A stretch of 34,554 nucleotides of DNA, taken from assembly GCA_038883715.1 (NCBI GenBank), contig JAVZLS010000014.1, forward strand, positions 1 to 34,554, in the 5' to 3' direction. The position numbers and the translations under genes are program-made. Source of the stretch: Candidatus Bathyarchaeia archaeon (GTDB lineage Archaea > Thermoproteota > Bathyarchaeia > Bathyarchaeales > Bathycorpusculaceae). Of this stretch, positions 1-7,947 are shown piece after piece. Each line of letters begins with the position of its first letter. Position 1 is the first letter of the stretch. Under the pieces are notes generated by a model. That model was not told the DNA's origin. It searched no databases and saw only the letters and a program-made list of their open reading frames with translations.

Positions 1-38
1 CCGTTTGGGCCGCGCGGGTTCAAATCCCGCACCCCGCG
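1..38 (+). tRNA. 3' part of a type II (long variable arm) tRNA, probably tRNA-Ser; truncated by the window edge
   Basis: T-arm GCGGG-TTCAAAT-CCCGC (14-30), acceptor 3' strand ACCCCGC (31-37) and discriminator G38, preceded by variable-arm-like sequence and followed by a T-rich tract. The anticodon lies outside the window; Ser is inferred from the G discriminator plus long variable arm. Confidence 0.8.
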
Positions 39-606
39 CTATTTTTACGCCTATACGTAAGTGGTATCTTTTTCGTATGCGCGGTGTGGTTGCTAGTCCA
101 TAGACTAGTATGGTTCCGCCCAATAGTATTGTTAGGGTTCCCAACCCTAGGTAGGGGTATTTTCTTTCGTGGATGTAGTCTATTTTCTTTATATGGGTGT
201 ACACTTCAACTGGATTAGAGCCTTCATTTTTGATTGCAAGATAATTTACGTCTTCTCCTTCGATTGGAATGTTCTCTTCGAATTTTGTTCCGGTGCTGTT
301 AAATATTGTTTTGGTTTTATCCCAAATAATTTGTCCAGTTCCTTCGTCGTATCCAACGTGTTTTCCTATTATAACTCTCACTTCAGCCTCGGCTGAAATG
401 TTTAACATCAGTCGTATTCCCTTTGGTCCTTCGAGGCCGAAGGCCCATCCGGTGACATTTCCTGGGTTCAATTTTTGTGGCGGTCTCGGCGTTATAAATT
501 TCTCTTGTATTACGCCTTCTCTAATGCTTGTTTCTTGTATGCCGAACGCGAGTGCAATTCCTATTACAAGAGGAAGCAAAGAGACAGCCACTAATGTTTT
601 GTTCAT
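1..606 (-). CDS. Hypothetical membrane protein with N-terminal signal/TM and C-terminal TM; 3' end runs off the window
   Basis: Translated by hand from ATG at 606: MNKTLVAVSLLPLVIGIALAFG...KYPYLGLGTLTILLGGTILVYGLATTPRIRKR.... No stop occurs in 202 codons to the window edge, which explains its absence from the ORF track. Confidence 0.75.
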   Translation of the reverse strand, partial: MNKTLVAVSLLPLVIGIALAFGIQETSIREGVIQEKFITPRPPQKLNPGNVTGWAFGLEGPKGIRLMLNISAEAEVRVIIGKHVGYDEGTGQIIWDKTKTIFNSTGTKFEENIPIEGEDVNYLAIKNEGSNPVEVYTHIKKIDYIHERKYPYLGLGTLTILLGGTILVYGLATTPRIRKRYHLRIGVKIARGAGFEPARPKR

Positions 607-628
607 AACTCTCAACTTTCAGAGATTA

Positions 629-799
629 CTAATAGTGTTTCAATTTACTTTGGCCCTTTGCCACTTCGTATAAAACTCCGTCCTCTGATAGTATTAAGAT
701 GCATCCGCATTTTAGGCATCTGTAGTAGCGGTTAACTCCTTTATCTCCTCTTTGCTCTCCTAGGAGTTCTACTTCTCCATGTTTACATTTTTCAGGCAT
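629..799 (-). CDS. Small putative zinc-ribbon protein (56 aa)
   Basis: Hand translation: MPEKCKHGEVELLGEQRGDKGVNRYYRCLKCGCILILSEDGVLYEVAKGQSKLKHY*. It has a CxH...CxxCG pair, an upstream GGAG and the same orientation as its neighbours; it is below the track's length cutoff. Confidence 0.65.
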   Translation of the reverse strand: MPEKCKHGEVELLGEQRGDKGVNRYYRCLKCGCILILSEDGVLYEVAKGQSKLKHY

Positions 800-845
800 T
801 ACACGCGCTCCTGCTTTTTTAGGAAATTTATGGTTTAAGCCTTAT

Positions 846-1115
846 TTAGCCTCCGCCTATGATGGGCATTATGAAAACTTTATCCAGGTCTTTAAGCTTG
901 GTTTTCAATCCCTTTAGGGTGTCTAGTGGTCTGCCATTCACGAGGATTGTAATGTTTTTCTCCTTGAAGTTTATTCTTAATCCCCTACTTTTCTCCAATT
1001 CTTGCAGGAGACTGGAGACGGTTGAGTCGGGTTTTAGGAGAACCCAAAAGTCTAAGGTGGACTCTTGCTGGGTTAGGCTTCTCATGCATGTCACACGGAC
1101 TTTTATAGGGTTCAT
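846..1115 (-). CDS. MoaD/ThiS/SAMP ubiquitin-like sulfur carrier protein
   Basis: 89 aa with beta-grasp hallmarks (ILVNGR, LKDLDKVFIMP) and a C-terminal GG; directly downstream of an AOR gene. Confidence 0.88.
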   Translation of the reverse strand: MNPIKVRVTCMRSLTQQESTLDFWVLLKPDSTVSSLLQELEKSRGLRINFKEKNITILVNGRPLDTLKGLKTKLKDLDKVFIMPIIGGG

Positions 1116-1141
1116 GAATTCTCTAGGTGGAAAATGAAGGA

Positions 1142-2995
1142 TTATTTTCTATAAAGCTTTTCAAGTTGCGCCGCAACGTCTTCGAGTCCAACTTCTTTTA
1201 ATTTCCTCTTTGTTGGGATACCCCTTTCATTCCAGCCTCTTGCCGCATAATAGTCCTTAAGTAGTATATCCAGCTCAAAAATTTGTCCTTCCGATGGTTT
1301 TCTTGGCACGGGTTCTTTCAATATTCTTTCCGGCAGGGTGTCGTAGCTTCCATCGATCCCTTCTCTAATGTTGAAGGCTCTTTCAATATTGAATATTCTT
1401 TCGCCGACAAGCCATAGATAATCTGGTGACTTAAATTCTTCAATGCCCGTTGCTGCATACAAAAGCTTGCTGTAGAGCTCCATAGTTATCATAAGATTGG
1501 TGAGTGGGAATTGGCAGAAAATGGCTGTTTCTGCAACTGCAAATTCGTCTTGAACCTTCTTTGTTAGTTGCGCCTTACCCTCAACACTAAATGGGTCAAC
1601 TCTTTCCGGAACCCCTATAATTTCATAGCTGTTCCATCCAATGGTGTGGCTTGCCCCTATAGGCGAAGTTGCCAGGCTTAAGCCGTGGGCTTTTGCCGAC
1701 CTGGGGTCGTAGGCTGGCGGCTCTAAACCTTTCACGTGCATGGCGTATTTCTCTGCTCCTCTGCCTATTATTTCGGCGGCTTTTCTAACACCCTCCGCTA
1801 AAATGTTTCCTATGCCTATTCGCAGGGCTATCCTTCTGACCATTTCAGGGAGGATTTCAGGGTCGCCCCAGCGGAGGCCCATTCCGTCGGTTTCGCTTTT
1901 GCCAATTATTCCTTTTTCATACAGTTCGATGGCGAATCCTATGGCTACTCCGGTTGATATGGTGTCCAAGCCATAAGAGTCCGCTAACATGTTGGCATAT
2001 TCAATAGACTCGATGTTTATGTTGCCTAGGTTTCCACCAAAAGCCCAGTGGGTTTCATATTCTGGCATCTCCCACGCCAGTCCTGCATAGGGGCCTTTGG
2101 TTAGTTTGAAGGTTTTCCAGCATCTCATCATGCAGCCAAAGCATCCTTTGTGCGCTATGACATAGCGTCCCAGCTCTTCCGGACGGAATCTTTCAACGCC
2201 TTCAAGCTCTTTTTGCTTTAAATTGTATGTTGGAAAATGACCTAAAGTATAGAAGAGGTAAACTATTCCGTCAGTCCCTAAGCTGCGGAACCCCTCCAAT
2301 GCTGGGTTACTTTTGTAAGTGTCTATCTGTTCCTTAACCGCTTCATCAAAGGCGTCTTGATCGTATATTTTTGGCCTTTTCGAGCCTTTGACAACTACGG
2401 CTTTCAAGTTTTTGCTTCCCATGACGGCCCCTCCACCGCCCCTAGAAGCCGTTCTAATGTCGTCTGTGACTATTGCGGCTAGTTTGACAAGTCTCTCTCC
2501 GGCGGGACCTATCATGGCTATTCTGGCATTTTTGTCAGTTTCTTCCAAAAGAAATTCCTTGGCGGCGTTTGTGGTCATGCCCCAAGCCTTTTCAGCGTCT
2601 CTAAATTCGATATTGCCACCGTTAATCCAGAGGTAAACTGGTTTTTGGGCTCTTCCTTCAATTATTATGGCGTCGTAGCCTGCAAATTTTAATTCAGCTC
2701 CGAAAAATCCCCCGCCGACGCTTCTAAAGTATGTTCCAGTTAGTGGAGATTTAAACTGTGCAATCCATCTGCTTGCAGACTGAACTTTAGTGCCAGCCAA
2801 TGGTCCCACGGTGAATACAAGTTTGTTTTCAGGTGATAGTGGATCTACTCCGACAGGTGTTTCGCTCCACAATATCCAAGCGCCGTAACCTCTTCCCCCT
2901 ATGAACCTTTTGATTACATTCATGTTCAGAGGTTCCATTGTCGCCTTTCTGTTTGTTAGGTTTATCCTTAAACTTTGGCCCATATAGCCATACAT
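1142..2995 (-). CDS. aor: Tungsten aldehyde:ferredoxin oxidoreductase family protein (copy 1)
   Basis: GYMGQSLRINLT, GGRG, KSPLTG, GAVMGSKNLKA, CFGCMMRC plus distal FCQF Fe-S ligands, PEYET, DSYGLDTIS; SD GGAGGG at 3003-3008. Confidence 0.95.
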   Translation of the reverse strand: MYGYMGQSLRINLTNRKATMEPLNMNVIKRFIGGRGYGAWILWSETPVGVDPLSPENKLVFTVGPLAGTKVQSASRWIAQFKSPLTGTYFRSVGGGFFGAELKFAGYDAIIIEGRAQKPVYLWINGGNIEFRDAEKAWGMTTNAAKEFLLEETDKNARIAMIGPAGERLVKLAAIVTDDIRTASRGGGGAVMGSKNLKAVVVKGSKRPKIYDQDAFDEAVKEQIDTYKSNPALEGFRSLGTDGIVYLFYTLGHFPTYNLKQKELEGVERFRPEELGRYVIAHKGCFGCMMRCWKTFKLTKGPYAGLAWEMPEYETHWAFGGNLGNINIESIEYANMLADSYGLDTISTGVAIGFAIELYEKGIIGKSETDGMGLRWGDPEILPEMVRRIALRIGIGNILAEGVRKAAEIIGRGAEKYAMHVKGLEPPAYDPRSAKAHGLSLATSPIGASHTIGWNSYEIIGVPERVDPFSVEGKAQLTKKVQDEFAVAETAIFCQFPLTNLMITMELYSKLLYAATGIEEFKSPDYLWLVGERIFNIERAFNIREGIDGSYDTLPERILKEPVPRKPSEGQIFELDILLKDYYAARGWNERGIPTKRKLKEVGLEDVAAQLEKLYRK

Positions 2996-3043
2996 GGAAG
3001 GACCCTCCTGAAGAAAGGTAGAAAGTGATTTCTAATTTGTAGT

Positions 3044-3060
3044 GTATTTAAATCTTTACG
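3044..3060 (-). promoter_or_regulatory. Putative BRE-TATA promoter of the aor-moaD unit
   Basis: Minus strand reads CGTAAAGA-TTTAAATA about 50 nt upstream of the ATG at 2995. Confidence 0.55.
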
Positions 3061-3129
3061 CGCCCTTCTGTTGCCTAAAAAGCGATTCAGCAGTGCTTCG
3101 CGGCAGATTTGTTTTCTCTTTGGCCAGAT

Positions 3130-3144
3130 GAAAAGATATAAAAA
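3130..3144 (+). promoter_or_regulatory. Putative BRE-TATA promoter of the dehydrogenase/hydratase and CoA-transferase unit
   Basis: GAAAAGA-TATAAAAA about 50 nt upstream of ATG 3193; SD GGTGA just before the start. Confidence 0.5.
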
Positions 3145-3192
3145 GTAGCTTGGATTAATGCAATTGAAATCTGTGCAACTTGGTGAGTTAGT

Positions 3193-5166
3193 ATGGAAAT
3201 AAAGAATGTTGCTATAATTGGTGCTGGCACAATGGGTTCTGCCATCGCCGAGGTGGTTGCATCTTATGGCTTTAATGTTAAACTTGAGGACGTGAGCGAG
3301 GAGATACTTAAGAAAGCTCTTGAAAGGATAAGGGATGGCCTAAAAAAGAGCTACGAGAGGGGATACCTCACCGAAGACATTGAAAACATCATAAACAGGA
3401 TCACCACTACCGTTAACATTGAAGAGGCTGTGAAAAATGCAGATTTAGTGATTGAAGCTGTGCCGGAAATACTTGATTTAAAAAGGAAGGTATTTGGTGA
3501 AGTCGATAGTTATGCTCCAAAGCATGCAATTTTAGCGTCCAACACCTCGTCCCTCAGCATCACCGAACTAGCCAAAGCAACAAGGAGGCCGGACAAATTT
3601 ATCGGAATGCACTTCTTCAATCCTCCTAAAATCCTTAAACTTCTTGAAATTGTGTGGGGGCAGGAAACCAGCGAAGAGACAGCAAGAGCAGTAGAAAATT
3701 TCGCTAGAAAAATAGAGAGGGTGATAGTCCACGTTAGAAAGGATGTTCCAGGCTTTGTTGTGAACAGAATATTCGTTACGATGTCCAATGAGGCGGCTTG
3801 GGCTGTGGAAATGGGCGAAGGAACAATCGAAGAGATAGACTCAGCAGTGAAGTACAGAATGGGTTTGCCAATGGGTTTGTTTGAGCTTCACGACGTTCTT
3901 GGAGGGGGCAGCATAGACATAAGCTATCATGTTCTAGAATATTTCAAAGAGAAACTTGGCGAAACCTATAGGCCAGCTCCACCATTTGAGAGGCTCTTCA
4001 AGGCAGGCCATTACGGAAAGAAGACTGGAAAGGGCTTCTACAACTGGGAAGGAGGAAAAATGAACGAAGTGCCTTTAAGAGCTGGGGCAAAATTTGATCT
4101 TCTTAGGCTTTTAGCCCCAGCGGTTAACGAGGCAGCTTGGCTCATCGAAAAGGGGGTTGCCACCCCAGAAGAGATAGACCTTGCAGTTTTAAATGGGCTT
4201 AACTATCCGCGGGGCTTGCTGAGGATGGCGGATGATGTTGGAATTGACAGAATAGTGGCTAAGCTCATCGAACTTTACGAGAAGTATAAGGAGGAAAGGT
4301 ATAGGGTTAATCCGGTGCTGCAAAAAATGGTTGAGGAGGGGCGACTCGGAAGAAAAACTGGAAAGGGCTTTTACAATTATGGAAGGGGTAACTACGAGTT
4401 TGTCTTGGTTGAGAAGGCTGACAAAATAGGAGTCATTAAGCTCAACAGACCCAGGAGAGCCAACGCTCTAAACATAACATTCCTAAAGGAAATTGAAGAT
4501 GCCCTTGAAATGTTAAGGGAAGATGAAGATGTACGAGTGGTTGTTATCACCGGTGTTGGGAGAAACTTCTGCGCAGGGGCGGACATATCAATGTTTGCAT
4601 CTGGAAACCCTGAGCAAGTAACAGAGTTCAGTCAAACGGGACACAAGGTTTTGAGAATGATAGAGCTTCACCCGAAACCGGTGGTTGCCGCAATTAATGG
4701 TCCAGCTGTGGGTGGAGGTTTTGAGCTTGCCATGGCATGTGATTTGAGAGTTATGAGCGAAAAGGCATTCCTTGCCCTTCCAGAGCTGGGTCTTGGAATA
4801 ACTCCGGGTTGGGGTGGAACCCAGAGGCTTGCCTACCTTGTCGGTGTTGGAAAGCTTAAAGAAATAATAATGCTTCGAAAGAATATTGACGCCTCCACAG
4901 CCCTTAATTTGGGAATAGTTTCAGAGATCTACAAAGCCGAAGAGTTTTGGGATAAAGCCCTAAAGTTTGCGGGCACCCTAGTTTCTCTACCACCTTTGGC
5001 TGTTAAATACCTCAAAAAGGTCATAGCCTATGGCGTAATGCCAACGCTGGAGGCTGGCTGCCTACTGGAATCAGAAGCTTCCGGAGATATATCCATCACG
5101 GAGGACGTTGCAGAGGGCCTCCAAGCCTTCATGTATGGGAGGCCACCAAACTTCAAAGGACGTTAA
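3193..5166 (+). CDS. Bifunctional 3-hydroxyacyl-CoA dehydrogenase / enoyl-CoA hydratase (archaeal order: dehydrogenase N-terminal, crotonase C-terminal)
   Basis: IIGAGTMG Rossmann motif, IEAVPE, ASNTSS, GMHFFNP, duplicated C-terminal 3HCDH domain, then crotonase motifs FCAGAD, GGGFELAMACD, PELGLG. Confidence 0.95.
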   Translation: MEIKNVAIIGAGTMGSAIAEVVASYGFNVKLEDVSEEILKKALERIRDGLKKSYERGYLTEDIENIINRITTTVNIEEAVKNADLVIEAVPEILDLKRKVFGEVDSYAPKHAILASNTSSLSITELAKATRRPDKFIGMHFFNPPKILKLLEIVWGQETSEETARAVENFARKIERVIVHVRKDVPGFVVNRIFVTMSNEAAWAVEMGEGTIEEIDSAVKYRMGLPMGLFELHDVLGGGSIDISYHVLEYFKEKLGETYRPAPPFERLFKAGHYGKKTGKGFYNWEGGKMNEVPLRAGAKFDLLRLLAPAVNEAAWLIEKGVATPEEIDLAVLNGLNYPRGLLRMADDVGIDRIVAKLIELYEKYKEERYRVNPVLQKMVEEGRLGRKTGKGFYNYGRGNYEFVLVEKADKIGVIKLNRPRRANALNITFLKEIEDALEMLREDEDVRVVVITGVGRNFCAGADISMFASGNPEQVTEFSQTGHKVLRMIELHPKPVVAAINGPAVGGGFELAMACDLRVMSEKAFLALPELGLGITPGWGGTQRLAYLVGVGKLKEIIMLRKNIDASTALNLGIVSEIYKAEEFWDKALKFAGTLVSLPPLAVKYLKKVIAYGVMPTLEAGCLLESEASGDISITEDVAEGLQAFMYGRPPNFKGR

Positions 5167-5221
5167 GACCTAAAAATAAAATGCCAAGAATGCGAACTGA
5201 TGTGAGGACGGTTTCGGAAGG

Positions 5222-6511
5222 ATGAAGCTGATTAAAAATCTCAGGAGGAAAAAAGCTCCCTTTTTCGCCCCTTCCTTTGGACCTTTAAGTGGTGTAAGGG
5301 TGTTAAGCGCCTCAAGTGTGGTTGCCGGGCCATTCATTGGCACATTGCTGGCCGATTACGGGGCAGAACTCATCCACATTGAAAATGTTGGCGGAGAAAC
5401 CCATAGAGAAGTAGGACCCTTTCTGGAAACTGATGAGAAAAGAGTGGGAGCAGAATATGCCGCCACCGTCAGAAATAGGCTCGATATCGCCCTCAATCTA
5501 AGGTCAGAGGAGGGGAAGGAAATCTTCTACGGCCTTATAAAACAATCTGACATTTTCGTTGAGAATCTGGTGTGGTTGGAGGAGAGATTTGGAATATCAG
5601 ATGAGCAGATGTTGAAGGTTAATCCAAGGATAGTTATTGTCCACGTTAGCGGGTATGGAAAATCGAGGTTTGGAGGAGACCCTGAAAAGTGCTCCCGGGC
5701 GTCTTACGACATTATTGCGCAAGCCTATTCTGGTTGGAGTAGAGCGTTTATGGCTCCTAAGGACGATGTGATTAGAATACCATTCTATACAGCGGACTAT
5801 ATTACAGCCCTTTTTGGGGCTGTTGGGGCTTTAGCCGCGTACATTCATGCGCAGAAAACTGGGGAGGGACAAGTAGTTGATGTCGCCCAATTTGAAACTG
5901 TGGCAAGAGTTCTGGAGTATTATTATTCGCTTTATTTTAACTTGAATGGTTATGCAGATTGGCGGGGCTATGAAAAGAAACACCCCAACACACAACCTTA
6001 TGGATTATATAAAGCGAAGGACGGGTGGATAGCACTAGGCGCTGTAGGTCCAAACGTTTACAGCAGATTTCTTGAGGCATTAGCCAAGCTTACTGAAATA
6101 AATCCGGAGGATTTTCCATACGAGGAATGTCAATCACGTGAATCGCCCAAAGGAAGCAAGTTGGACAAGATGGTGAGCGAATGTCTCATGAAGTATACTA
6201 GAGAGGAGCTTGAGAATCACTTCTCCAAGTGGCGGGTACCATGTTCCCGCGTTTCCACGCCAGAAGATGTGATTAAAGATAGCCACTGGCTTCAGCGGGG
6301 AAACATTGTAGAAGTTTTAGAAATGACAACTGGTAAAGTGATAAAGCAGATGGGGGTAGTCCCAAAATTCTCGAAGACGTCTGGTAGGGTGTGGAGAGGT
6401 GTTCCGCGGATAGGCGAGGATACGATAAGGATTCTGAAGGAACTGCTAGAGTTAAGTGACGAAGAAATTGCCAGTTTAAAAGAGAAGGGTGTAATAGACT
6501 TTCCAAAGTAA
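5222..6511 (+). CDS. CoA-transferase family III (CaiB/BaiF-like)
   Basis: FGPLSGVRV, AGPF, GAELIHIEN, SYDIIAQAYSG, catalytic Asp in FYTADY, GEGQVVDVA, PYGLYKAKDG. Confidence 0.93.
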   Translation: MKLIKNLRRKKAPFFAPSFGPLSGVRVLSASSVVAGPFIGTLLADYGAELIHIENVGGETHREVGPFLETDEKRVGAEYAATVRNRLDIALNLRSEEGKEIFYGLIKQSDIFVENLVWLEERFGISDEQMLKVNPRIVIVHVSGYGKSRFGGDPEKCSRASYDIIAQAYSGWSRAFMAPKDDVIRIPFYTADYITALFGAVGALAAYIHAQKTGEGQVVDVAQFETVARVLEYYYSLYFNLNGYADWRGYEKKHPNTQPYGLYKAKDGWIALGAVGPNVYSRFLEALAKLTEINPEDFPYEECQSRESPKGSKLDKMVSECLMKYTREELENHFSKWRVPCSRVSTPEDVIKDSHWLQRGNIVEVLEMTTGKVIKQMGVVPKFSKTSGRVWRGVPRIGEDTIRILKELLELSDEEIASLKEKGVIDFPK

Positions 6512-6532
6512 TACGGGTTAAAGGCGAAATCG

Positions 6533-7873
6533 CTATGCCTTCGTAAGGGTTATTGCTTTGGCTGGGCAGACCATAACGCATAGTCCACAGCCAATACATC
6601 TATCTGAAACTTTCACAGTTTCGTTTTCCATGTAAAGCGCAGTGCATATGTTGTCGATGCACGTCTTGCACAACGTGCACTTTGCCGGGTCCACTTGAGC
6701 TCTTGCCTTAATGTCAACGGCCGCGTCGGCGGTTCTAAGATGTTCAATTCCTTCTTTCCGCATTTCTTCTATGCTGCTGTAACCTTGTTCGTCCATGAAT
6801 TTTCTGATAAACTCTAACTCTGACTTTAGGAGGCGTATGCCCTTAAAGAATATAGCTGCGCACTGTCCGGTGGCTTTTGCACCCAACATTATCATTTGGA
6901 TGACATGTTCTGCGTTCATTATGCCTCCCATGGCGAGAACATCCAATTCTGGAACATACATGCTGAGGGCTGCCACATGCTTGCGTATTATAGGTCTTAG
7001 TGGTTCGCCACCATATCCAATGAATGGATTTCCATCGGTGAAGGGCAGCGTTGTTTTCCCTCCATTGTAGATGTCTGGCGGAGGAACTGTTACACCCATG
7101 TTTGCCGTCGTGATAAAGGAGGCGCCTGCCTGTTTCACACGCCTGCCAATCTCCACAACCCTTGGAAAGCCAGTTTCGGGAGTAAGCTTAACCCCCACTG
7201 GAATGCTTACTGCTCGAACAACCTCTTTAACCACTTTCTCTAAGAATTCTGGCGAATCACCCATGATTGCGCCCATGTTTGAGAATATGAATTTTCCCTC
7301 TAGGAAAGCGTCGATGTTCCCCTTTACAGTGGCGAAAAACGGACATGAAACATTCAGCTCAATCATGTCAAAGCCAACTTCTTCCGCCTTTTTGGATGCT
7401 ATGGCGAAGGCTTCAGGGTCAGCGGCAGCTTCAATGTTAGCGATTAGGGGGACGTCTGGAGGCTTTTTTTCTTGCAACATTTTAATTATTGGCAATTTAA
7501 GCTCCAGAGATTTTGCAAAACCTTCGATGGGGATGCCGTAAGGTCCCATTGCACCTAACCTGTGAAGGAAGGTTCCCTCCCCATCTTTCATCCATCGTCT
7601 TACAGGCTCTCCGCCAAAATACTTCCTTATGATTCGTCGCCACTCCTCCGCTTCAACTTCCTTCTTCTTCCTTTGAACGAATTCCTCCGGCATGTGGCCG
7701 AGGGCTCCCACTGAAATATATCCAGCTCCGGCATCGGTGGACTTAAGGAGTATTTTGGCAACCATCTCGTCTGGAATTGCTCTCCCCATAAAGGTTGCAA
7801 TGGCTCCAACCCCAATTGGTGATGGAAGCGTTACTCCCGCAAAATTAACACTTAATTTATCATCTCTCTTCAT
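6533..7873 (-). CDS. Divergent dihydropyrimidine/dihydroorotate dehydrogenase-family flavoprotein (PreA-like) with C-terminal 2x[4Fe-4S] domain
   Basis: LSVNFAGVTLPSP, IELNVSCP catalytic loop, VKLTP, GYGG, AMGGI; C-terminal CTLCKTCIDNIC and CIGCGLCVMVCP. Confidence 0.85.
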   Translation of the reverse strand: MKRDDKLSVNFAGVTLPSPIGVGAIATFMGRAIPDEMVAKILLKSTDAGAGYISVGALGHMPEEFVQRKKKEVEAEEWRRIIRKYFGGEPVRRWMKDGEGTFLHRLGAMGPYGIPIEGFAKSLELKLPIIKMLQEKKPPDVPLIANIEAAADPEAFAIASKKAEEVGFDMIELNVSCPFFATVKGNIDAFLEGKFIFSNMGAIMGDSPEFLEKVVKEVVRAVSIPVGVKLTPETGFPRVVEIGRRVKQAGASFITTANMGVTVPPPDIYNGGKTTLPFTDGNPFIGYGGEPLRPIIRKHVAALSMYVPELDVLAMGGIMNAEHVIQMIMLGAKATGQCAAIFFKGIRLLKSELEFIRKFMDEQGYSSIEEMRKEGIEHLRTADAAVDIKARAQVDPAKCTLCKTCIDNICTALYMENETVKVSDRCIGCGLCVMVCPAKAITLTKA

Positions 7874-7947
7874 TTTTCAACCACCTAGCAGGTTGAAGGA
7901 ATTAGGAAGTTATAAAGAATTATATAAAGATTCTTTAAAGCTGGTGG

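Noticed and set aside
169-673. Plus-strand ORFs 169..396 and 269..673
   Set aside because: They are shadows of the more protein-like minus-strand ORFs 1..606 and 629..799.
1142-2995. Loss of an Fe-S ligand in AOR copy 1 (GASH instead of GGCH)
   Set aside because: The fourth cluster Cys in this family is the more distal one (FCQF here), which is retained.
3193-5166. Marker of an autotrophic 4-hydroxybutyrate cycle
   Set aside because: The same fusion serves beta-oxidation in archaea, and no 4-hydroxybutyryl-CoA dehydratase is in the window.
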